A DNA stretch of 64,000 nt from the NCBI GenBank assembly GCA_020137815.1, contig CM035359.1, positions 6,944,001 through 7,008,000 on the forward strand, read 5' to 3'. The position numbers and the translations under genes are program-made. This DNA is from Hormiphora californensis (lineage: Eukaryota; Animalia; Ctenophora). Shown in pieces: positions 34,801-47,080 of this stretch. The notes beneath the pieces were generated by a model. The model was not told the origin of the DNA. It was given only the letters and a program-made list of their open reading frames with translations, and ran no database searches. How positions within the stretch are numbered: position 1 is the first letter of the stretch; each line of letters starts with the position of its first letter.

Positions 34801-35847
34801 CGGTTCGTGACAGGTACACACAAACATTAGGAGGAGGTCGTGAGTTGTTTCATCTCACAATGCTAGTTGTTACCAATATATTCCCGATTCAGGTTCTCAC
34901 AAGATGAGCCAGAGTACTCTAGTACATTGGAGTATTCCAGACCCTCTGATAACCCCAACACCGAACTAAACCTTTATCAGCTCTGCTTTTATGGTAAATA
35001 CTGGTCCCTGATTGGCTGATAACCAGTCACGTGACCTAAATAACGACCTCTGATTGGTTATGGTAAATACCTTTCTACCTACCTATCTGGGTGACCATTT
35101 CAGTTTTCACTAGTTATTTTAAAAGTGATTTACTAGTTATTATTTGAAAGTGATTTACGCTCCCATTTATTTCAGAAAAGCGGGAGTCTCCAGTAAGTAT
35201 TGTGGTATCCAATGTGCGGTTATTTGTTACTAAAGAATATCACCAGTGGCCCTTACCTAGACTCCAGCCACCCCTTCCTCCACACCTTAGAGGTCAACAC
35301 TTCCAGGTAATAGAACAACTCAATTCAAGGTAGAACAACTGAACTCAATTCTAGTTAATTTAGTGTTGGTAAAGAGGACAACTCGATGGTCGGAGGGGGG
35401 GGGGGGTGCTCGATGGTTCAACTGTAGGTCCTACACACATGTGTAGCAGACGAGTCATATTCAAAAGATAAGGTTACACGTAACATAAACCCTTTCTATA
35501 ATGATAATGCTACATATACTGGGTCTCCCCTCCTCTATCAATTGCCCAATTTGTCCCCCCGCACTACCCCAAAACTCTTTCTATCTTACTCAATAGAAGG
35601 AAAACAGGCTGAGCCCTATTTCTATTATGAGTTACATATAATAATCAAATACCTCCGTTAGGTGTTACATGAAGTGGAGATATCGGACATCACGATGCTG
35701 CTAGTAACAGGCTATACTCTCACCATCTCCCTAGAGAGCAAGTGTCATGAACTCCTCTTCGAGACTCTGGCCCCCCTAACTCAGCTGGTGGAGTTATTGG
35801 GGAGGCTCTGGCAAGATATATTTGGATTTCCTCTCAAAGTCTGCTGA
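31815..35847 (+). CDS. STK11IP: STK11/LKB1-interacting protein-like LRR protein with a CxxC..CxxC knuckle, PH-like C-terminal modules and a DEP domain
   Basis: Large exon 31815-34459 (LRRs LKHLDLSHNHI, LQTLKISFNKL, IDLRGNCL, LRLSENPI; CLNC..CPEC; IGLNYQHFRLE), then exons 34553-34711, 34893-34993, 35176-35306 and 35662-35847, all phase-consistent. Confidence 0.8.
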
Positions 35848-36343
35848 GTGCTGCTATTGGGTCTGCTAAGATATATGGATTTTTACTTGGCTACGTTGTA
35901 ATCAGGGTGTTTATTTATAAAGGGTTAATTGTTGTTTCTGTTGATCAGTATGGGGGGAGAGATTGTTAAGTTAACTAAGGGAGAGAAAGAGAGATTATTA
36001 AGTTAACTAAAAGAGAGAGAAAGAGAGATTATTAAGTTAACTAAAGGAGAGAGAAAGAGAGATTGTTTAGTTAACTAAGAGAGAGAGAGAGAATGAGAGA
36101 GAAAGAGATTGAATTATATATCGGTAATCGGTATTCGGTTAATCTACACTGTGACAATATAGATACGGATAATATATTGTTGTTTTGTTAAATTTGTAAC
36201 GTACGTCAATGATACGTGTTTTGTGTATAAATTTGTTTGTTTGTAGCTAACCAGATTTCGAATTAATTATACAACTTCTCGAGTGCTGTATTACCATTAC
36301 CTGGAACTAATAAACCCACCTGGTGTATAGGATAATATTTAAC

Positions 36344-39300
36344 ATGAGTAAGAGAAGGAATATCTTTAAAGATGTTCAGGTTGACACCCCTGATGTCAGG
36401 ACACAGCTTTTTAAAGAGGTAACAAAATTAGGTCATGATACGGAAATTGGTACTAATTTAGTACTACTAAACTGCCATTCTACTACTCTGCAGAGACTCA
36501 GTACTGTAGACAAATTAACAACTACCCTCCCCATTACCGCCCCCAAATCTACTGTGTGTTCCTTCGACTCCAATCCATTTCATATCTCCCCATTACCAGG
36601 CGTACAAGTTGGATAGGGTACATGGGTGTGTAGTAAAGGAGCACAAGAACAGCAAACAGAACCCCTGGTGTCTTCACAACATCGGCCAAAGTAGGTCCGT
36701 GTTATAATAGTGAGGCTGGGGTTGTATTGTTCATACCGGGGGCGGTGCAATAGCACAAAGCCGGGGTACAGCACTGGGTAACGTTATCTATAGTAGTTGA
36801 GTTAGGATGATGTGTCTATGTAATGTCTTGTGTTGAAGGGAGTAGGGGGTTAGAACTTCTAACAATCGGAATTAACTAAACCTGGCTAGATTGAATTGTG
36901 TCTACAAACCAATATATGAGACCTCCCATTTCATCACTTCTTACCCAGGTGGAAGCCCCGGGAAGGACCACAGCCTGAGACAGATTTAGACCGGCTGAAA
37001 TACCTTGGTCTCTATTCTGGACTGAAGAACCTCGGTGCTACATGCTACCTCAACTCCCTGCTACAGTTGCTGTATCATGATCCTGAGTTTAAGAGAATAC
37101 TCTTCTCTTACACCCCTACACCGTGAGTCAGAGGGCTGAGTTATAATCAATATTCAGATTCCAATTAGCACTATTCTTAGTACTCTGATATAGTACATGG
37201 TGGTTTTACTGAACTGAGTGCTCACACTCACTCTCTCTCCCAGTAGTAGAGGGGAGGTTGACAGAGTGATAAGTATCTTACAGCAACTCATGGTGGATCT
37301 AAAGATCTCCAAACGAGGTGTCATTGATCCATCACCATTGGTCACCTCTCTCAAGGTACATTAAAAATAGGAAGATGTTTTGTTGAAGTGCAGCTCGACC
37401 ATGATTGTCCAATATCCCCTTGTGATTGTTCAATACCCCCTTGCTTTCAGCTCGCAACGGTGGAACAGCAAGATGCGGTTGAGTTCGGAGAGTTATTATT
37501 TGGCATGCTGAACGACCAAATCCCACTGCTTCAGGTAATTTTGGTGACGTCATCACCAACAGGTAATTTGCTACTTTTGAAACAAATATATGGGATAAAT
37601 ACGAAATATACCAACAACTCAAAATCCCCCTTCAGGAACACATGACAGGGAAAGCCCGATACTTGACGTCGTGTCTTTCCTGTAAAATAACAACCGGCAG
37701 AGAGTCTAACTTTACGGATCTGAAACTCCAGGTATGTAAAACAAGTTGTATTCATTGCAACTTTATTTGACACTCCATTATATTCCATCACCCTTTACAC
37801 TCCATTATATTCCATCACCCTTTACACTCCATTATATTCCATCATCCTTTACACTCCATTTACCATTATACCCATTATATTTCATCACCCTTTACACTCC
37901 ATTGACCATTATATTACATCATATCACCCTTTAGGTGCAGCCGAAAGCTCAAACTATCGTGGAGCGGATTGTAGAACTTGGTAGGGTAGAGGTATTGGAG
38001 GGAGAGAACTCTCTAAAATGTAGCTCCTGCCACAAACTATCCCGCGTTGAACGGTACTATACCAACTTTTAAAAGTGTCTCAACACGTCCTGAACTCCAT
38101 AACTTTTCCTAACTCAGATAATAAATTCATCCAGGAGTTTTGTGATAGGAGAACTTCCACCAACCCTGCAGCTGCAGCTTCTACGATTCACTTACAACTC
38201 GTCAACCTACCAAAGTGTCAAGGACTCAAGTTATGTGAAATTCTCTGAAACTCTGAACTTCCCTGGGTGAGTAGTACTCACTGAGTACTGTAAAGAGCCA
38301 TACGGAAATTGTGATAAAAGTGCTCCTTTATAAAACCAATTAATAACACGGTGCTCCTTCATAAAACCAGATTCGCTCCATACCGGTTACGGGGGATGAT
38401 ATTACATGTGGGAAGGAACAAAGAGAGTGGCCATTACGTGGCGGTGATGAGGGATAAAACATCGGGGAAGTGGATCCTTTACAACGATGATCAGGTGAGA
38501 GGGAGAGAGAGAGAGCTAGAGAGAGAGAGAAAGAGGTAGCAATTCAGGTCGTTAAAACGCTAAAAAACGATTTTATTAGTTATCGAGATTGTAAGAGAAA
38601 CTACCCACTAGGTTACTGCGATGGAACAGCTTGATCTGAAGGAGTATGATCTGTGTAAAGGAAAGAGGCCCACGTGTGGTGAAGGGGAACATTGTTCCCA
38701 GGCAGTCTATGTGTTAGTGTACGTGAGAGAGGAGCGGGATGACATCACATATCCACATGATTTGGTGGAGAGGTGTGCTCTTGATAATGAGGAGTTCATA
38801 ACACTCAAACAAATACTAGAGGTGAGTTCATAACACTCAAACAAATACTAGAGGTGAGTTCATAACACTCAAACAAATACTAGAGGTGAGTTCATAACAC
38901 TCAAACAAATACTAGAGGTGAGTTCATAACACTCAAACAAATACTAGAGGTGAGTTCATAACACTAAAACAAATACTAGAGGTGAGTGCATTACAGTGCT
39001 GAGAGGTAGGTGTAATAGTCAAACAAATACTAGAGGTGAGTGTTACAGTGCTGAGAGGTAGGTGTAACAGTCAACCAAATACTAGAGGTGAGTGTTACAG
39101 TGCTGAGAGGTAGGTGTAACAGTCAACCAAATACTAGAGGTGAGTGTTACAGTGCTGAGAGGTAGGTGTAACAGTCAACCAAATACTAGAGGTGAGTGTT
39201 ACAGTGCTGAGAGGTAGGTGTAACACTCAAACAAATACTAGAGGTGAGTCATGTTACAGTGTTGAGAGGTAGGTGTAACAATCAACCTTTTTTACTGAGA

Positions 39301-41980
39301 TTTGGGAGGCGGGTGTAACTTTTGTTACTGAGAGGTGGTGTAATATTCAACTGTGAGACGTTTATCAAGTTGGCTCACTTCCAATTTCCAGGAGCAACGT
39401 CTGGAAGATGGACGAGTTAAAGAAGAGAAGAGGAAGATGATGGAGGGACTCTGTTTATCCCTTCCAGCATCCACACCAAACACCTCCCGCCCCATTCCTA
39501 CCACATTATTAGAGAAATGGATCTCATCTGGTGTTATGCCTCTGGTAACCAGACCTGACACTTCACAAAATGGTGACGCTATTGAGAGTGCAGAAGACAA
39601 AAAGGAGATAAATGGTGATGTTACCGCTATTGCAGAAGACAGAAAGGAGATAAATGGTGTGTCAAGAGAGGAAGAACCATTCACCATTATCGGCCCCCAC
39701 CAGGACATCACAGAATCGTGTGGTGACGTGTTATGTTGTCATGGTAACTTGTCCTACCACAAACTCTGTAACATCAAGTATATCTCACGGGAGATATTTG
39801 ATGCTATCATGGCCCCACAGTGGTTCAAGTTGTGTGAGGAGTGTGTGGGAGATGCTCTCAAACAGCACCTATTTAATGTCGCTCTGGAGCAAGACTATAA
39901 GGTCATCAGTAAACGGTAAGCGTGGGTATTAGGGAACCATTGCATGGTAGCTGCATAATGGCCTTGGGTTGTACTACAGTTGTACTATTGGGCTCACTAC
40001 ACAACTGATTTGAGATGTTATTGGCAGCATCTTGATCGGCTCAATCTAGTTCTGTAGATTGTGCCACATCCAATATCGTAATCATTTTCTCTGTGCTATT
40101 TGGAGTCCAGCACCCCACCCCTCACCTCTCTCTCTCCCCAGCTGTACTACATCACTAGTGAACACCCTGACCAATGGTGAGGATGGGTGGTGGTGGGTGG
40201 CCAAGGAGGATATCAAGAACTTCCGTCGAATAGTTCGCTCCGGTACTTACATGTTCATCCCCCTCACCCCCCTTGTCTTGTTTTCTAAATAGAACTCTAA
40301 TTTTTCCCACTAAGAGGTTTCTCCATCATATTACCCCCCCCCCCCTAATATAGGTGATAAGTTCAACGCAGCCTCTCAGTGTGATCATGGAAAACTCCTG
40401 ACAACTTCCAACCTGAAACTTGTTCCACTTTCAGTACTACCAATAATCTCAAAGTACATCACAGTCAAGGTATAAATTGGACTATTTGACTTTCTCTCTT
40501 CCTTTTCTCGTATTGAAACTAGAATACATTTCCAGCTTGGTGGCGCCGTCACCTCTCTGCGAGACTAAAACTCAGCCCGCTTGCTTGCGGGCTTCGTTTC
40601 GGTGCGCTACGCGTGCAAGTTGTAAGGGTGACTGCGTCACCAAATTTCCAGTGCAACCTGAATTTAAATATCCGTGTCCCCACTTGCAGTTTCCGAGGTT
40701 CTCATCAACAGATCCTGATTGTTGGATATGTGAAGCAGAGAACTCCACAGAACAATCCCACCTGACCTCTCTATTGGCTTTACGAAGATCACTTGGTCGT
40801 CTACTAAATGACTCAGCGTTTCCCTATATTGAAAATCTTACGACTCATATTGTCCCACTACAATTCATTTTACAGGTATCTCGCAAGTTCCATTTTTATT
40901 CAATCTCATATTGTGTGTGTGGCTCTAGGTTGTAACATTAGTCAGGGCATATGATGCCAAAATAAATTAAAAATGGGCATAATTGTTATCAAGCTAATTT
41001 CACTTCTAGTAGGCTCTATTAGGTCCCTAGAAACACCAAAAAAATTGGTCGCGGTTTTATCAATGAAAATAAAATAAAATGTGTAGCGTCCTCGCATTAG
41101 TGGGGGTAGGTGCGGAAATTAAGTCTCTATCTCATCTGGTTAATTAGATAATTGGATAATTAGATATGCGCATAACCGTATTTTGGCTAAATGGCTATAG
41201 CCACTTAGGAATGGTTTAGAGACTTTTCACTGGCGCCATTTTGTAGGCAATAGCCAAGTTATGGGGGGTCCACGTCGAACTTTTAAGCTCTATCTCCAAC
41301 CGTTTGGCCGCTATTTGGCTTTAAAGATGCTCAAAACAAAATTTCTCTGATATTCTAACTGTTTGTGGTCTGTATTGGGGCACTCTCACATATTATCCCC
41401 ATTATCTCATATTGTTCTGAATATCTCATTCCCTACCAGGATTTGAGGATTTTGTTTCGTAGGAAGGTTCCTGTTGGAAAGCTGACACAGCAGTGGATGT
41501 ATTGTGAACACAACATACTGGCCAGTGATACCCCCGAGATAGCTGCATATGTCAAGGTAATTGTAGTTCGGATCCCGGTGATATATAGTTCCGTTCAGGA
41601 ACCGACCGAACCAGTGAATACTGGTCCCTGATTGGCTGATAACCAGTCAAGTGACCTAAATAACGAGTTCTGATTGGTTATTTACTTGTTGTGATGAAGA
41701 TTCAACCCATTTCAGAAAAAGGAATGGGAGATGCTATGTGAGAACTTCGGTCCTACAGATCCCATAACGTGTGTTAGTGAAACAGACTTCTCAGTACCGC
41801 GATGTGACACCTGTCTTGCAAAACGGCCTCCCTTCGCCAACAGGGTTAGTGGCCCTAACCCAAAAGTCTGAGAGTGGACTTGGAGTCCAAATTTTTAGGA
41901 GAAATATGACTTGTAAACCTATCATGGCCCTTGTCAGCGCCTCACGTTGTAAACGTATCATGGCCCTTGTCAGCGCCTTG

Positions 41981-42020
<40 letters not shown>

Positions 42021-43137
42021 TTTAAAAAAATCATTAGTTTATTATGAGTTTTGCGGGAATTGGACACGGGTCGCCTGCTTCAGAGTCGGAGCTGCTAACC
42101 GTTGCACCATGGAAGAGGTGCTACTTTTACAATTCAAGAGTCTATATATCGCGCGCGACTTGTAAAGCCGCGCGAGTTGGAGTCAGAATCAACAAGTATG
42201 GAGTCGGAAGAGTGAGAGTCATTTTATATGGAGTCTAAATACTGGTGACGTCACGCACATTATAAAGGGGGTAGGGGGAGATCATGGAGCCGCCTGGAGT
42301 GTCTTTTCACCATTCAAATGCATCCTTCTCTCTTAGGTCTTATTTGACAAGTTACTAGCGCTGACAAGGGCCATGATATGTTTACAAGGCAAGGCGCTGA
42401 CAAGGGCCATGATATGTTTACAAGGCAAGGCGCTGACAAGGGCCATGATATGTTTACAAGGCAAGGCGCTGACAAGGGCCATGATATGTTTACAAGGCAA
42501 GATAACCAGATAAATTTCAGTTTATATACGTACGAGTGGACAGGACCTCGCAAAAGAGACGTCGGCAATCAGATATACAGCTTTGTGTGAGCTCTAACGA
42601 TACATTGTTTGATGTTAAGGTCAAACTGTGTGAACGACTAGCTATCGCCCCTGCTGATCAAGAAATCAGGTAATGTATGACGTCATAACAAATCTGTGAT
42701 GTTAGTAAATTGCGTGGTAATCATTGCCTAATAACTATTATAAAATAGGGTGGTAATTTGACGTCATTTCGAAATTTACGAGTTACATCTGACTACGTCA
42801 TGATGTTGTTGAACTTGTCACTATACACCGTGTATTAAATGTGATGCAGATCTTTAAAATTTTAATAACTTTAAATCTGCCATTTACATTTAAATCTGCC
42901 ATCAGCCGGCTCCTTAAAAAGTCACATTCATTGCACTGTGTCTAATACCTAGTACCCCACAGTACGAAAAAAGGCACGGTACTAAAGGAGGGGATGATAG
43001 GAGACCTAGGGATAGAGCCAGGGTGTCTCCTGTATCTGGAGCAACATACTGTAACTGGGGAACTGACGGAGGGAGGGACAGATACACAGGAAAGGGGCTT
43101 CACTGGGACATTCCTGACACAGTACAACACGGTGTAA
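36344..43137 (+). CDS. USP48: Ubiquitin carboxyl-terminal hydrolase 48-like (USP domain + DUSP-like region + C-terminal UBL), multi-exon
   Basis: Cys box GLKNLGATCYLNSLLQ (~37020), QQDAVEF (~37465), His box HVGRNKESGHYVA...WILYNDDQV (38405-38495), VYVLVY, LCCHGNL, CEHN, and C-terminal ERGFTGTFL*, which resembles the USP48 tail. Confidence 0.82.
38792..39290 (+). repeat. 32-bp then 41-bp tandem repeats copying a USP48 exon end plus donor (ctagag|gtgagt)
   Basis: Unit gagttcataacactcaaacaaatactagaggt (~6 copies) grades into caaccaaatactagaggtgagtgttacagtgctgagaggtaggtgtaacagt-type units. Confidence 0.93.
42357..42500. repeat. 39-bp tandem repeat (~3.5 copies)
   Basis: gcgctgacaagggccatgatatgtttacaaggcaagg. 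Inverted copies lie at ~41905-41980. Confidence 0.9.
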
Positions 43138-43611
43138 TTTGTTAAATTTAATAGTTCACTAAATAGCCACCACACTTATTGAACTGTTGTTTCTCGTTAG
43201 GTATCAACTTAAATCATTAACAAACACTCATTACCCACAACAAAATACATTGTATGAACATTGTTGTAACTTGTAATTAACAAAGTGTTTTTAAGTTTTA
43301 ATAACGATATGTTTTATCAGGAATAATTATTACACACACACATTATTACTTATATTATTATGTTTTACACAAAGTTATGTTAATTACTTATTTGACGTAC
43401 AAGAGAACTGTTGGATTTCTACATGGTTTCAAAGTATATGTAACATCAAATCGTTTTCTCTTGTTCAACCCCCTTCCTAAGAACTACCCCCAATATGTTT
43501 TTAAGGTCTGTACACATGATGTCCCACGAGGGGACACCAATCATCAGTAATACCCAACAACATATTATATTATATTAACTCGAACTCCTCTGCTTAGCAC
43601 ACAACACTACT

Positions 43612-46471
43612 ATGGCATTCTTTGATGAGGACCCCGCTGCCGACTTCATGGCCAGAGAACAAGAGAGTATTGGGGATGTCCTTGGATCTGATAACTTTGA
43701 AATGATCAGTGGGGGTGTTCCTACCTCCGACCAGACCCTCGGTAAGTTGATAATAATTAAATTAATTAATTAAATGGGAGTGCGGGGATTAGTTCGATAT
43801 AATATGTTGCAGTAGGTAGTGGAACTTGCTCGTAGTTTAGTTAGGCATTATAAATGGGATGGGGGTTGAAACAAAAGCACCCGATTTGAGTGTGCTGATT
43901 ATGAGTGTGTAACAGCTAACAAAGCCTGACAGAGCTATAATACCCTAGGAATGATATATAATACCAGTAGTAAGCCCCTCTCTATGATATCACTAGATCA
44001 TTGCTATTGGGTATCACTCACATTGTTATAGTGCCCACCCAAGTTGCTTTGTGTGCCAGTTTGTGTGCCAGTTTGTGAGCTGAGTTATCAAGGATCACTG
44101 TGTGTGTGTTGGCATGATGAATATATTCATTACCTTTCATGTCTAAGTAATTACTTTGACCTGTGTGTTGATCTAGCTAAACGACAGTTCCAATATAATA
44201 TCTTGTTATTTATTTTCTCCAATACCACGTTGTCCCAAATCATGGGACACCTTAACTTGTCCGTCCCACTTGTCCCTGTCCAACTTGTCCCTGTCCCACT
44301 TGTCCCTGTCCCACTTGTCCCTGTCACGTGTTAAACGCTACAGATTTTCTCGACGAAGCCCAACCTGCTGCTGCACCACCTGGAGATTTTCCTGGCACCG
44401 CCTCCCCGGCTATACCTGACACCGCCTCCCCTGCTATAATACCTGACACCCATGCTATACCTGATGACATGTTCCCGCCATCTATTGATGACATTGTTGG
44501 GGAGCCCCCTGCTGTGTCACCATTTGGCACAGGTCGGCAGCCCCCCTATTGTTGTACTGTGCAGCATCTAATATATTGCAGCATCGCGAGCAGGAACCGA
44601 CCGAATCAGGAAATACTGGTCCCTGATTGGCTGATAACCAGTCACGCGACCTAAATAACGAGTTCTGATTGTTTACTTGTTTCGGTCGGTTCCTGATCGC
44701 GAGGGACGGGTGTGAGAGCTAGATCTGAGTTCTCATCACCCACCGTCCATCCCCTGAATCCTAATAATAATGCATGGGAATTAAACAGATTTTAAATTCC
44801 GGGTACAAACTGAGCATGCTTTTTAACTAAACAACCCTGAGGTTTTGTGCGTGATTTGATTCCAAAAAGGGCTGCTGTGAATCGTGAATCATGTTTAAAC
44901 CTTCCCTCCTCCCCTTTCTACTTTCAACCATTTCAGATTTCATTGATGACGCCCCAGCTGCCGCCCCTGTGGAACCTGCCATATTCGCACAAGCAGAACC
45001 TGCCATATTCGCACCTGCGGAGCCTGCTGTCTTTGCACCTGTGGAACCTGCTGTACCTGTAGTTGAGGACAAGTTCAGTGCACTGAGCGAGGCTGCTGAA
45101 CCTGAGAGCATCAGGTATTGGAAATAGAACCTGCCAGATGCCAGAGACATGTTATCATATTATTTGACTACCAGCTACATATAATCCAGACCCCAGTTTA
45201 ATATGTTCATATTCCAGGTTGTGGAAGCAGAAACAAGCTGAGGAGATTGCAGCCAGGGACGCGGAGGCAGAGGCCAAGGCTGCTGAATGGAAGGCCGAGG
45301 CTGCCAAGGAACTTGAAAACTGGCATGCAAAGCAGAATGATGTGAGTTAGGCACAACCTTGTACAGGATACAAACGGTGTTGTGAGTTAGACACATGCAA
45401 TGTACAGGGTACAAAAGGTGGATGTTGAGATCTAGGGGTTCTGTTAGCACTGCAGTACCCCCGGCCCCTCCCCTCCCCCCTAGCACTGCATTACCCCCCT
45501 CCCCGCAGTACTAATATGTATTAATGTGTCTGCAGGTGTTTGAGAAGACCAAGGCTGGTAACAGGGAGGCCCAGGAGCAGTTCCTGAAGGACAATGTAGA
45601 AGAGACAAAACCTGGGCAACAGTGGGAGAGAATCTGCCGACTGTGCGACTTTAACCCCAAGAGCAACAGGTATAATAGTTAGGGGTTAACTGTTACCATG
45701 GTATTACAGTTACCATAGTTACCATGGTAATACTGGGTGTTCATTTTGGATCTTTACAAGCGTTGGCCTTCACCCAGAAAAAAGTTGACAAGATCAGGTC
45801 ATGAAACTTCATACTTGGACCATTCTATACCCTCATTCAAGGTTCCTGGGGGTTTTGGAGCTCTAGCACCCCGGGAAGTGTGTTTTTGGCATCAAAACTA
45901 CGAGAAGGAATTTTTTGCTGGTGCTGAGACTTTGCTAAAATGTTTTTTGGGTATTTTCTATGTCAATCCTAAAGTTTCATAGAGATTGGATGTGTTTTTC
46001 GGACTCAAAATTTCGATACAAGTGGCTGGAAAGGCTCGAAAACAGCTCAAAAACGGCTAAAATTGAGTCTTTCCAGCCACTTTTTACGAAATTTTGAGTC
46101 TGAAAAACAAATCCAATCTCTATGAAACTTTAGGATTGACATAGAAAATACCCAAAAAACATTTTAGCAAAGTCTCAGCACCAGCAAAAAATTCCTTCTG
46201 GTAGTTTTGATGCCAAAAACACACTTCCCGGGGTGCTAGAGCTCCAAACCCCCCAGGAACCTTGAATGAGGGTATAGAATAGTCCAAGTATGAAGTTTCA
46301 TGACCTAATCTTATCAACTTTTTTCTGGGTGAAGCCCAACGCTTGTAAAGATCCAAAATGAACACCCTGTACAAGTTGCTAACACAAGTTATTTTCAGGA
46401 ACAGTAAGGATACGACTCGAATGAAGTCCATCTTCCTTCAACTAAAACAGAACCCTCTTATCCGAGCTTAG
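43612..46471 (+). CDS. CLTA: Clathrin light chain
   Basis: Exons 43612-43741 (DEDPAADFMAREQ), 44344-44532, 44938-45113 (EPESIR), 45218-45341 (WKQKQ...AKELENW), ~45536-45669 (WERICRLCDFNPK), 46400-46471 (KDTTRMKSIFLQLKQNPL). Confidence 0.93.
44591..44695. mobile_element. hAT-type ~110-bp MITE
   Basis: TIRs with 8-bp TSD atcgcgag. Confidence 0.9.
45733..46369. mobile_element. Tc1/mariner-type palindromic MITE (~640 bp) in the last clathrin light chain intron
   Basis: TA-CTGGGTGTTCATTTTGGATC...GATCCAAAATGAACACCCTG-TA, with near-identical ~300-bp arms. Confidence 0.88.
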
Positions 46472-46526
46472 AGCTCTTTCAATGGGGACATTTAGAGCAC
46501 GGTTGATCGTGATGTATTGTGAGAAA

Positions 46527-46635
46527 CAGGAACCGACCGAATCAGGAAATACTGGTCCCTGATTGGCTGATAACCAGTCACGTGACCTAAATAACGAGTT
46601 ATGATTGGTTGTTTACTTGTTTCGGTCGGTTCCTG
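46527..46635. mobile_element. hAT-type ~110-bp MITE in the clathrin light chain 3' region
   Basis: TIRs with 8-bp TSD gtgagaaa. Confidence 0.9.
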
Positions 46636-47080
46636 GTGAGAAAGTTTAGAGAAAATTCTAAACAGAGAGAGAATATTAGCTTCTTTATTTTACAAAATGT
46701 ATTCTCCATTTCTTACGTATCTTAGCTAACGTGTTTTGTTGCTAAGTACATGCTAGTATTATAATCTTAGTTTCTGTCGTCACATGTAAAATGCCAGGCA
46801 AATATTAAATGTGTAAATGGTGTGTGTGTTTTATTGACCGTATATTGATTCGTTGAGATTTGTGTGTTTTGATTCTTGCCCCCCCCCCCCTCATAATCCA
46901 TTTAGAGTATGAGCTAACTGGCTCTAGTGATTATTCACTGACTCCTAACCTCTCGCTCACGGTACCATTTGAGCCAGGCATCACGAAAGTGATTTGCAGT
47001 GCGAGGTACAGCAAAACCAACCAACCAACCTCTCTCGCTCACTCTATAGTATAAGATGTAAGCTACCACATTATAACACT

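Noticed and set aside
45737-46431. Two near-identical ORFs on opposite strands
   Set aside because: They are the two arms of a palindromic MITE and show no transposase motifs.
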